Below the pieces are notes generated by a model, which was given only the letters and a program-made list of their open reading frames with translations, searched no databases and was not told where the DNA came from. Below are positions 30,482 through 41,332 of a stretch of 41,332 nt of DNA, piece after piece. The number at the start of each line of letters is the position of its first letter. Positions within the stretch are counted from its first letter, which is position 1. The position numbers and the translations under genes were made by a program. Source of the stretch: Nemertoderma westbladi (taxonomy: Eukaryota > Animalia > Xenacoelomorpha); the NCBI GenBank assembly GCA_032718475.1, contig JAUCBJ010007820.1, positions 1-41,332 of the forward strand, written 5' to 3'.

Positions 30482-33400
30482 ACGACACTGACCACAGTTC
30501 GGAGATGGAAGGATTCTACACGGACGAATTCTCCGACGAAAATGAATCCAGTTATATGATCAATACCACTGTGTATCGAGCACTTACGTATGAGACTGAA
30601 ACAGACTGTGAAGATCCCCGACTGACTATTCCGGATCGACAGCCATCTTGGAAAGCGCCAACTTCATCTGTCGGAATCCGAGAATTCCCTGTAGTGCAAC
30701 TGAGGGTCCATGGGATAGGGAAGAGCTTGATAGTAAATGCCCTCCTTGACTCCGGCAGTACAGGCACCTTTATTGACAAAGAACTAGCCGAAGACATCTT
30801 TGCTGGACAACCCAAGTTCCGAACTAAGTTGAACCTTTCCGGAATTATGCAGGTTTGGAAATCCACAGTAGCCACAGATTACTACGTGGGTGCATTGTCC
30901 ACTCCCCAGGATGAACTAGGAGAGGATAGTCTAAGGTCGGTCAAAATGGTAGCGATAAAGAAATTTGCTACTAGCCAAGTGGAGCCTTACAACTGGGATG
31001 AAGACCATTTTACCCAGCAACATAATATACCTAGATTCAACACAGATTATCCAGGGGTGCATATCTTACTCAGCCAAAATGCGCACGAAGCGCTTGAGAC
31101 ATTAGAAAAACGGCCTGCTCGACCGCAACCACTGCAGACGTATGCGGGAAGAACGAGAGTAGGTTGGTACTTCACTGGACCTTCCCGTAGAACCTTAATG
31201 GAAAGACTCCCTAATGAAAGAATACACCAGGTGAGTGAATGGGAAGAAGAAATCAGTGAGGAAGAAACCACAACTGAGGAAACTACATACTCCTCAGACA
31301 ACGACGACATCAACCACTTGTATGATGAAGAAAACACCATCGATCTTCTCACTGAGAACCAAACTTGGTTAAACCAAGTCAACCTATGCCATCTTATCAA
31401 TCAACATGGCGGACAATTTACTTATAACGATGAATTAAACGAAGTGATAGATCGAAACAATAACAAAATCCGTGATAAACACGCCATACGATTCTTTACT
31501 CAAGAAGCCGTAGAGCCCAATTCCTACGACAAAGCCTTGTCTGTCGAGAAAGAGAGAGCCAAGCAGATTCAGGAAACGACTACACGTTATCTGAAGGACG
31601 AAGGTCGCTATGAGATTTGTCTTCCGTTCCGACGGCGAGAACCCAGCTTCGTAAATAACCGACCTTTAGCGGAAAAGAGAATTGCACAACTACATTGGCA
31701 TCTGACGGCCAACGTTCAAGCCTGGGAAATGTATAAAACCCAACTGAAGAAATTAATTGACAAGGGATATGCGGAGCGAGTTCCGGAAGAAACACCCATA
31801 ATGGAAAGAACGTATTATCTAACACATCATTACGTTCCCAAGCCCGGTAAACCCAACGAAGTCCGGGTAGTGTTTGACGGCTCCGCCCTTTACATGGGTC
31901 AATCCCTGAACTCAGAACTGTTGCCGGGACCCAACTTACTCCAATCTTTGTTGGGAATATTATTAAGACTGCGGCAATATTCTATCGCAATCGCTTTGGC
32001 CATAGAAGGCATGTTCTTACAAGTCAAGGTGCTGGATAGGGATCGAGACAGCCTACGATTTCTGTGGTGGCCTGAAGAAGACCTCAACCGAAAACCGATG
32101 GAGTACTGGATGACTATCCAGGCTTTCAGGATCATCTCGAGTCCCTCGAACGCTTGTTCGGAAGTGAGTACAACTGCCGATGACAACCGAGATGCCTTCT
32201 CTAAAGCGGTTATCGACAACATCAAATGGGATATATACATGGACGACAATTTAAAGTCCCTCCCATCGGTGGAAGAAGCCATTGATGTTGCCAAGGGAAC
32301 TGTAGAGTGCTTGCAACGCGGTGGATTTCGGCTAACCAAATTCACCAGTAACTCCCGTGAGTTTCTGGAATCGATCCCGGTAGAAGACCGAGGTGTTAAA
32401 GATCTGGACCTCATCAAGGATGATCTTCCGGAAACCAAGATGCTTGGGTTAAAATGGGACACGGAGAGAGATATCTTGTTTTTTCAGTTAAAACAACGAG
32501 ATAATCCAGTTAGAACTAAACGGATTTGTCTAAGTATCCTGAGCACTTATTGCGATCCATTGGGATTTATTAGCCTAGTTATATTAGTCGCTGGGAGTTT
32601 AGTGCAACAAATGTGGCTAGAAAACCACTCGTGGGATGATCCACTTAAGGGAGAACTGCTAAAGAAGTGGATGAAATGGGAAGATTCTCTACCATCCATC
32701 GAGAACTTTAAGATTTCCCGTTCATATTTTGGTCACGTTCTCCTCACGTATTCCTATCAACTCCATGTGTTTGGAGACGCCAGCGATAGGGGAATAGGTA
32801 TAGTAGCCTACCTGAGGGTTGAAACTCTGGATGGAATTAAAGTTGCCTTGGTCACCTCTAAGGCCTTGATAAACAACAAACTACGAGTTCCTAGAGCGGA
32901 GTTAAAAGCGGCTCTATACGCTACAGCCATCGGCCGGAATGTAACAGAACAGATCGACTATCCACTAGAGATAACTGTCTATTGGACTGATGCTTTACTC
33001 GTTCTGGAGTATATAACAAATGAAGTCTGTCAGTTCAGCGTCTTCGTTACCAACAGAGTAGGGTAGCCATTATACTCAGTCGCTCTAATGTAGATCAATG
33101 GAGACATTGCCCTGGGACGATTAATCCAGCTGACATCGCCTCCAGAGGAGCAACTCCTCAAGAACTGATAGATACTCCAGACTGGTTAGATGGACCCGAC
33201 TTCTTAAGTAAAGAAGAGGATGAATGGCCCCCTCATCTCACCACGGCGGAGATTAGACAAGCCAAGGGAGCGGAGAAAGTCAAACCTAAAACCCGGACGA
33301 GTAAATCAAAGTTATTTAAACCCGTGATAGATCTGTCTGTACTACACACCTCCGGGGACGACACTGTGGATCTAAACTCACCCACCATGAATAAATCTGT

Positions 33401-33500
33401 TATAGAAATCAGAGAAAGAGACTGGAAATCTGGAACACCAGATGTCTCGCAAGGACTCTCCCCTCTCCTACAGAGAGCAATAAATCATTATAGCTCCTGG
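30478..33500 (+). pseudogene. pol: Outer BEL pol: protease, RT, RNase H; truncated before integrase
   Basis: LLDSGS, RVVFDGS, SLNSELLPGPNLL, YMDD, DPLGF, HVFGDAS and WTDA. A frameshift near 33063 leads into QWRHCPGTINPADIASRG. Ends at HYSSW where the satellite starts. Confidence 0.9.
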
Positions 33501-34378
33501 TCCCTCATTAATGTTTGTGTCCCTCATTAATGTTTGTGTCCCTCATTAATGTTTGTGTCCCTCATTAATGTTTGTGTCCCTCATTAATGTTTGTGTCCCT
33601 CATTAATGTTTGTGTCCCTCATTAATGTCTGTGTCCCTCATTAATGTTTGTGTCCCTCATTAATGTTTGTGTCCCTCATTAATGTTTGTGTCCCTCATTA
33701 ATGTTTGTCTCCATCATTAATGTTTGTGTCCCTCATTAATTAAATGTTTGTGTCCCTCATTAATGTTTGTGTCCCTCATTAATGTTTGTGTCCCTCATTA
33801 ATGTTTGTGTCCCACATTAATGTTTGTGTCCCTCATTAATGTTTGTGTCCCTCATTAATGTTTGTGTCCCTCATTAATGTTTGTATCCCTCATTAATGTT
33901 TGTGTCCCTCATTAGTGTTTGTGTCCCTCATTAATGTTTGCGTCCCTCATTAATGTTTGTGTCCCTCATTAATGTTTGTGTCCCTCATTAATGTTTGTGA
34001 CCCTCATTAATGTTTGTGTCCCTCATTAATGTTTGTGTCCCTCATTAATGTTTGTGTCCCTCATTAATGTTTGTTTCCCTCATTAATGTTTGTGTCCCTC
34101 ATTAATGTTTGTGTCCCTCATTAATGTTTGTGTCCCTCATTAATGTTTGTGTCCCTCCTTAATGTTTGTGTCCCTCATTAATGTTTGTGTCCCTTATTAA
34201 TGTTTGTGTCCCTCATTAATGTTTGTGTCCCTCATTAATGTTTGTGTCCCTCATTAATGTTTGTGTCCCTCATTAATGTTTGTGTCCCTCATTAATGTTT
34301 GTGTCCCTCATTAATGTTTGTGTCCCTCATTAATGTTTGTGTCCCTCATTAATGTTTGTGTCCCTCATTAATGTTTGT
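33500..34378. repeat. 19-bp minisatellite (TCCCTCATTAATGTTTGTG), about 46 copies
   Basis: Near-perfect 19-nt periodicity with scattered single-base variants. Confidence 0.97.
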
Positions 34379-34689
34379 AGAAGGGTTTACTGTGGAAGAT
34401 CACCCATGGTGGTGAACATGCATTCCTTGGCCTAAAAGATTCTCCCATTCATAACTATATAATATTTATATAAAACCTACAAACTCTAAACTTAACTTAA
34501 TACAGATAAAAATAATTGTGAAAGTACAGTAGAGTAAGAGTGCAGTATTATTATCCAATTGGCTAATAATAAAATATACAGTACAGTATAATCTGTTCAT
34601 TTATCTGCGTGCTGGTGGCTGGACGGTAATAAACCATTATTTCAGCCTCCAGTATACAATACAGTACAACAGTAGTAGTGGGTAATAAC

Positions 34690-36264
34690 TAGGGTTCAAC
34701 AGAAGGCACTTTATTGGGCCGAACCGAACCGAAGCAGGGCCAACTTCGGGCCGAAACGAACCGAATCCGAGCCGAAGTTCAGAAAGTTGGCAAGTTATGA
34801 TCATAAATTCGTATTTACGTCACTATAGGGCCTACTGGCAGTCTGGCAGTGGCAGACTGGTACCTATTTCAGTATTTGGTCTGCGGACTTAGCGAGAAAG
34901 CTATGATTAATTAAAAAAATAAGTACTACTGTACAAATATTTAGCAATATTTAGCCTAACCTAAACTACTGTATAGTGGGGTCGCTTAAGGTGAAAATCG
35001 TTAATTATCGGACAAAAGCATGAAAGTGTCACTATATATGTAAAAAAAATGTGTAGATTAATCTGAGCCTGTGTACCAAAAAAATTGACTACTCTCCTAG
35101 CTACCGGGTGACTTTTTCATAGCAACCGGGTAAAATCTTATTGAATTCTGTAAACGCCATTGTGTTTCTGTGATATTATTGCATCTAATTAATCTGGTTT
35201 TGAATTTGAATCGTGAACCCCATTATACAGTATGTCTAACAAGCAGTTGGAATAAATTATTGAAGTTGGAAGCAGTTCTTACAGATTTTTTAGAGAAATA
35301 CAGTATATCAACATTGACATTGTATTATTATATTATTATTATTATGGGGTCAGTTCCGCCCCTGGCTACATTTTTGGATTTTTAACAGTACTTTTATACT
35401 TTTACAACTGTAGTTTTATAAACACACATTTTCCCCATAAGCCTAAAGTGAAATATTTTTATTGAAACGTGTATCAGCTCTAATATACATAACTACTAAC
35501 AATCTTATATTGATATTTCGGTTCATTATCCAGCATTTCAATCAGAATTGCAGGCAGTTGCTAGGGAAAGGTCACCTTGTTGCTAAGGAAACGTGTATCA
35601 GCGCCGATGTCACAAATATTCATCTTCTCTTGCTAGAGACAGGCTGATTATCCCAAGTTTCAATCAGATCAGAATCTCATTAAATATACAGCGGTTGTTA
35701 GGGTAAGGATACCCTGTTGCTATGGAAACGTACATAAGCGCCTATGTCATTAATAACAATCTTATATTGCTAGTCAGGTTGATTATCCCAAGTTTCAATC
35801 ATAATTTCATTAATTGTACACTGGTTGCTATGGAAACGTGTACACGACTTCTATCTTTAAACTAACCCAGTTATATAATCGTAATTTTTCTATATGGCGA
35901 GTTTCAATAACAGATATTTTCATGCTTTTGCCCGGCGATTTTGCTATATTTTACCCTTAAGCGACCCCACGAGTATAATTAAGCTAATTTTGAAACTACC
36001 CAACAACCCAAGTAAACTGGAAACAATTAAAAAAATAATGCCATTTAAATGGCAGTTCAGTCCAAAATTAATTAGTACAACGATGGACAGATTGATTAGT
36101 CTTACTGTCTTCTGGTCTTAGCTCAATCAGTCAATGTAATACTTGGAATATTTAGCAAAGTTTGCTCCGGGCTTCTGCAGTATCAATTGCAGAAGCCGAA
36201 CCGAACCGAAATTGCCAAACTTCGGCCCGAACCGAACCGAAGCCGAAGCTTCTGTTGAGCCCTA
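34690..36264. mobile_element. hAT-type non-autonomous element
   Basis: TIRs TAGGGTTCAACAGAAG and CTTCTGTTGAGCCCTA, 8-bp TSD GTAATAAC (34682-34689, 36265-36272), and subterminal CCGAA repeats at both ends. Confidence 0.9.
34974..35973. mobile_element. ~1-kb TIR element nested in the hAT element
   Basis: GTGGGGTCGCTTAAGG at 34976 and its reverse complement ending at 35970, TA flanks, and internal diverged repeats with a GTTGCTAWGGAAACGT core. Exact ends are uncertain. Confidence 0.6.
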
Positions 36265-37431
36265 GTAATAACCACAGTTGGATGGACAATTACACTATAC
36301 TGTATATTGTATTGCATTCTGTTCTGAGTACTAGAGTAGGCAGCCTACAGTTATGTAAATAGAGAAGTGCAGTATAATAATTGTTGTACAGAATTGTATT
36401 ATCGATTAGGGTATTAAACGCCTAAAGCAATTGGGTTAAGGTTCTTTATAACATACTGTATTATTTTATATTTAGGCCTAAATAAATATTATTATCTATT
36501 AATATTTTTACGTTTTTTTCTATATCAATTTTGAGAATTATTGAAACTCGAAATTAAATAAGGCTGTATTACGAATGTTTTTTTTTACAATTAAAAAGTA
36601 ATGCTTTCCTCCAAGACAATGTACTGTCTGTATTTTACTCAATAAATTTTGTTAAAATTTATTTAGCATTTGAAACGTTTGAAACGAAGCCGCCAGGGGC
36701 TATAGTTTGAACGGTATGGTTGTTCAATTGTTCATGCAGATAGCAGATAGATGTTTAGGTATTAACTATGACTTTTTATTTGGCCACAATACCAAATAAA
36801 TTTTAATTTTACCTTTATTTTACTTAAATACATTTAGTACCGTATTAATTGCCGTCATAAATAGCTAGGCCTAGTACAGTAGGTCCACAGTCAAAGTTTT
36901 CCATTTTATAAGCTGTAGTTTCATATATTTTGAAGGGGTTTTGTCGAAGGCAACAAAATCTTTACAACACAGTTAATGCTTTCTTGAAAGTACATTGGAT
37001 TTACTTGACCTAGTGGTGTACCTGTCCCGGAACAGGAGCCTGTGTATTTCTCGATAACTATAAACCTGGGTATGGTTTATATTCTGCATTAGCACCTGAT
37101 ACCACAGCATATAGAAAGCTATCGGATATAATCTATAGATTATTTCTAATTAATAAATAGTTATTTCTGGCTATTAATATTTTCTGGGTGAAATTAACAA
37201 AACGTTCCTCGGCCTTCTTCCTCTTATGTGCTAGTTAAATAGCTAGCTATTTAAATAGTTAGCTAGTTAGTTAAATAGCTAGTTAAATAGCTAGCTATTA
37301 AAAATTCGGACATAAAAAAGATACTTTCTTTTTGTCTAATGAATAATGATACACTTCAAATTAACACGTCAATCGTATTAATTAATTGTAGCTTCGTATC
37401 TCGGCCAAAGAAGGAAATTCAGTATATCATC

Positions 37432-37827
37432 ATGGGTGGATTATGTAAAAAAGTATTTCGAAAGAAATATTTTCTTCTGCTAGCGGGGATAATTTCCATT
37501 CAAATTGCTTCATTAATTTTTAAACAGCCCAGAAACTCAGAGGAATTTATCAACATTTCGGAACCTGCCAATTATTATTTATTCCCCTTTCCTGTTCCCT
37601 ACCGTCTCGGCTTTCTAATAGAGAATCCGAATGCTTGTAGTCATGTCGACGATAAACTGTTGGCAGTTGTACTTGTTAAATCGAAACCGGTCGATTTCGA
37701 TAATAGAAACGTAATCCGGGAGACATGGGGTAATCCGAGGTTCGAGAAAAGTCTCAGGATTAGGACGCTATTTGTGTTGGGGAGTGGCGATAAACAGTCA
37801 CAGCCACGAATAGTAGAAGAATCTCAG
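37432..37827 (+). CDS. Beta-1,3-galactosyltransferase-like (GT31) gene, coding exon 1
   Basis: Basic N-terminus plus hydrophobic anchor (type II membrane protein), LAVVLVKS...RNVIRETWG...LFVLG...EESQ, donor CAG|GTAAT. An alternative upstream ATG lies at 37339. Confidence 0.85.
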
Positions 37828-38226
37828 GTAATAATCATGTTTGTTTATTGTATACAATAGACGGCGATAGACGTCAGCCTGTATGGAAACTACTGTAGCT
37901 AAATTTTTGAATAGATGGAAATAGTTCTACAAAGTTTTAGTTTAAGAAAATGGAGAATTCTTGAGAAATGAACAAAAGATGGGACCAACCGACAGTCAGA
38001 CATACACGAGGTTGAGGTAATGGCAACCGTATGCTAAGATCGCGTACTTTCGTGGATCACCTCACAATTAACTACAATCTAACTAATACCTACAGTACAG
38101 TACAATACGAATATTATGAGCATAGGAAATTCTGGACTATCATTCCCACGATTTAATTGTAGATCTAATAATAATAAATTTACAGGAGACCTACAGTAAA
38201 TGAAATCTGTATTAATTTCAATCCAG

Positions 38227-38442
38227 GAATTCGGGGACATTATCCAAGGAAACTTTATAGACAGTTTCCACAATCTAACGATGAAGCTAATAATGTCATG
38301 GAGTTGGGTACTTCTTCATTGTCCGAAGACGGCTTACGTGGTTTCAGGAGACCAAGACATGTTCGTCAACACGTATCTCCTTGGAAACTATCTGCGTAGT
38401 TACCATAGCCCTACTTATGGGTTTTATGGAGGGCGCGCCAAG
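38227..38442 (+). CDS. GT31 gene, coding exon 2
   Basis: Acceptor CCAG|, GDIIQGNFIDSFHNLTMK...HCP...DQDMFVN (DxD motif), donor AAG|GTAAC, phase 0 on both sides. Confidence 0.9.
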
Positions 38443-38737
38443 GTAACGTAAGCGTCTGAGCATACGTGTACCTCCGTTGTCTGTATGTCGGTCTGTATGT
38501 GAGCTTATGTTTGAATGTTAATAACACGGTAAATCTTTAATGAAATGAAACCAAACTTTGTAAAAGTTCGTTGATTATTATTAACTTTAACTTATTCCTA
38601 AGTTAATCATTATCGATGGTTGTCAGTCTTCCATTAACTTTAAATTAATGCGCCGGGTTCATTGTGTCAAGTATAATGAACACATATAATGTACAATCAG
38701 ACTCTACAACATTGGAGGTGTTTAATTATTCTCCCCT

Positions 38738-38968
38738 AGATTAACACTTGAACGGAACCGCCTCCGCTTTGCAGGACATTGCTATAGCCGTGAGGACCAG
38801 CCAGTGCAAAATCTTGTGTTTTGGTGGCCTCATGTAGTGAACAAGCATGGTAGACAGCGCATGACTTTCTTGAGACGCATCTTAAAGGACACTGGCCTTG
38901 AAGATGCGGATGATTTAGCAAATGTCATGGGTGATTGGTAGTTGTGGCGGCGCAATTTTGTCGACTAG
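38738..38968 (+). mobile_element. 3' fragment of an RTE-like non-LTR retrotransposon ORF2 in intron 2
   Basis: Manual translation RNRLRFAGHCYSREDQPVQNLVFWWP...GRQRMTFLRRILKDTG...MGDW*LWR matches the C-terminal pattern of RTE-group LINEs. Confidence 0.7.
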
Positions 38969-39192
38969 CCGGCACAGCATTCTTAAAATATATGTAATAT
39001 ATATAATGCAGCTGTAATGCAGTATGCTGATAGTTATTGAATCATAAAGGAATATTAAAATTTTGTAAAAAATGACCTACTATACATAGATATACTACAC
39101 CAGGTCATAGAAATTCCAAAACGATTTACTAGTGCTACTCTCTTTAAACATTCATTCAACATTTAAATTATCTTTTACTTTGGATTATTTAG

Positions 39193-39603
39193 CTGGACGA
39201 CCACCCCATTCGGAATAATCGCTCCAAATACTACATACCCCGGAGTGAGTACCTCCCGGACGATTACCCCCCTTACTGTAACGGAGCCTTCTACATCCTC
39301 TCCATCGACGTGCTTCACCGACTCGCTCTCCACGCCGACGATGTCCCTCTTGTCCGCACCGACGACGCTTATGTCGGCATTGTCGGATCCACGTTCGGTC
39401 TGCAACCGGTTCACATCGAACAAGTTCGAGTTATAGAAAGCAACTCCGTCGCTCCATGCCATATGGCATGTTCTATCGCCCAGAACTATATAATGTCGCC
39501 GGAAGCAATGCGATTTTTTTGGGATAACTTAGAATCAATTTACTACGAAGGCCGTTTAACTCTCACCATTACGGCCCGTTGCCATGGCAGATGCTTTACA
39601 TAA
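39193..39603 (+). CDS. GT31 gene, coding exon 3
   Basis: Acceptor TTTAG|, PIRNNRSKYYIP...YPPYCNGAFYILS...DDAYVG, TAA stop. The spliced product from ATG 37432 is 340 aa. Confidence 0.9.
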   Translation: MDDHPIRNNRSKYYIPRSEYLPDDYPPYCNGAFYILSIDVLHRLALHADDVPLVRTDDAYVGIVGSTFGLQPVHIEQVRVIESNSVAPCHMACSIAQNYIMSPEAMRFFWDNLESIYYEGRLTLTITARCHGRCFT

Positions 39604-41169
39604 CCGGAAACACAATCAGTTTCTATTTATTAATTGTCTATTCATTAATTAGTGGATTGATTGATTTCTAATTATTTTCTCTATTTATTAATTGTCTATA
39701 CAGTATTAAGCAATACTTGTCTATTCAAGTAATTATTTGTTATTATTTATTATATATTATAATTATTTAATTAATTAATTTGTCTATCTTAGTATCGGAA
39801 ATTAGTTCATTCATTAATTTCCCAAGTCGATGTACGCTGCTAAATGATAAGCTGGTACAGGCAAACGTTTATAGCATTAAGTCTAAGATAGGTCAGAGGT
39901 CACGGCGTGGTAGTTAGCTATTCTGTAGTTTGCGGTGAAAGCAAGAGGGTAGCCTACCTGTTTTACAGCACAAGTAACAGTAATACATATTCAAAAACGT
40001 TTTTATTGTTGTTAAATTTTAATATCCACGCTTTTCACCCTATCCAAATTTGTATTTCGTATTTACTGTATGTATTTTTAGTAGAATGATTCCCATTACA
40101 TGTCATTCGATTTCTCTCGACCACAAATTACAGGATTACATCAAATTAATAAGTCAGATATTTATTAGCAGATAAAGGGAGGGAGGTGTCTTGACGAACT
40201 CAAAACGGAACTCTCTCTAGGGAAAAATCGACGCAAATTGCAAAACGAAACTGTAATTTGTTCTATTGAGTTTTGTTTATTGTTTTGGTTATATAATACC
40301 GTCCCACTGCAACTGCTTATTTCCCTTAATTTATAAATTAACGTTGAGACGAGATATGTATTAATTCCCTGATATATCCCTGTATCATACTTTGAGGCCC
40401 TTGAGTAGATCATGTTATGTACTAAATAAATGATGTACATTTCTCATGTTTATAAAACAATATAATATGTCACTCTTCTGCCGTCAGGGTACAGTACCTA
40501 CCGTTAACCATTACGGCAACATACCCGATACAAAACCCCATCATTCATCGCCCCAGGTTGGCGTGTATCAAATAATTCCTTAGCAAGACATTTTGCTCAA
40601 TTAGGCGTGAAACTGGTTTAGATATACAGCGAGCTGCGGTTGCCTACCAAACAAACAATTTCCCCCCACCCAAATCCGTGCCAAATTCATTGATTGAGGG
40701 GCCTAAACACTTAATATCCCAAAACCTAATGGATTGCCACCTCAAACATTATACCTACTCTGTATTTAATCGTCATTACTAATACTAATGATATATAATA
40801 ATATAAATTGATTTGTAATAATTTACTTTATTCAAGGCCCGTCTCGTTCGATTCAACTTGTTTCAGCAATGTTGTGCAGTCAGTACCACAACACACTAGC
40901 AACTATGCTGCTGAAATTAGTTTATCAACATTTTTATAAACATTTATAGCTAAATTACCACAATATCTAATTTGGCTATAAACATTTATAAGGAGAGAAT
41001 ATATATTATTATTAAGGAGAATTCGTATCAATATATTATTATTATTACATTATGGAAACTAGCAAACATTTTAACTCAATATTTTAGAAAGAATTTGAAT
41101 ATCCAATTTCTTTTTGACGAACGTAAGTTGCCCTGCCCTGTTTTATTGAACGACATTGAATTCCAATCA

Positions 41170-41310
41170 ATGGCAATGTCTGGTGACCCACGAAGACACC
41201 ACCGTCACCATGGTAACAAACTCGCCTGTCCGGAATGTGGGATGGTGTTTCGCCATTGGGACCAACTCAAGTATCACCGATCTCGGTTCTGTATTGGGGA
41301 CACGAATGAG
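41170..41310 (+). CDS. CCDC17: First coding exon of a CCDC17-like gene (N-terminal C2HC zinc finger); gene continues beyond the window
   Basis: MAMSGDPRRHHRHHGNKLACPECGMVFRHWDQLKYHRSRFCIGDTNE followed by a perfect donor GAG|GTGAGT. The C-x2-C-xMVFR...H-x3-FCIG pattern matches the CCDC17 N-terminus as recalled. Confidence 0.55.
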
Positions 41311-41332
41311 GTGAGTATTGGGAGACAGATAT

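Larger units (their letters stand above)
8763..33500 (+). mobile_element. Outer degenerate BEL/Pao LTR retrotransposon (3'-truncated), host of nested insertions
   Basis: Probable 5' LTR, long leader, degenerate gag, BEL-type triple zinc knuckle, protease, RT and RNase H. Integrase and 3' LTR are missing beyond 33500. Confidence 0.8.

Noticed and set aside
37229-37302. TAGCTA/TTAAATAG palindromic cluster upstream of the GT31 gene
   Set aside because: Short low-complexity slippage repeat with no supportable function.

Overview
AT-rich animal (probably invertebrate) genomic DNA dominated by nested transposable elements. An old, degenerate BEL/Pao LTR retrotransposon (probable 5' LTR 8763-9888, gag-pol remnants to about 33500, cut off by a 19-bp satellite) interrupts a Gypsy fragment. 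It is itself interrupted by a piggyBac-type MITE and by a young 13.96-kb BEL/Pao element (15665-29622; 540-bp LTRs with 2 differences, TTAGT target-site duplication). The young element has an extra ~850-aa ORF after pol, encoding a DEDDy (WRN/Mut-7/EXD/RNase D-like) 3'-5' exonuclease plus three CCHC zinc knuckles, preceded by a 24-copy hairpin array. Neither BEL element has a tRNA-type (TGG) primer-binding site. In both, the bases right after the 5' LTR are complementary to a segment of their own LTR, suggesting self-priming, possibly aided by the element-encoded exonuclease (hypothesis). The flanks hold several MITEs, a solo LTR, TE remnants, a three-exon GT31 beta-1,3-galactosyltransferase-like gene and the first coding exon of a CCDC17-like gene. 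All calls are by eye; no searches were run.
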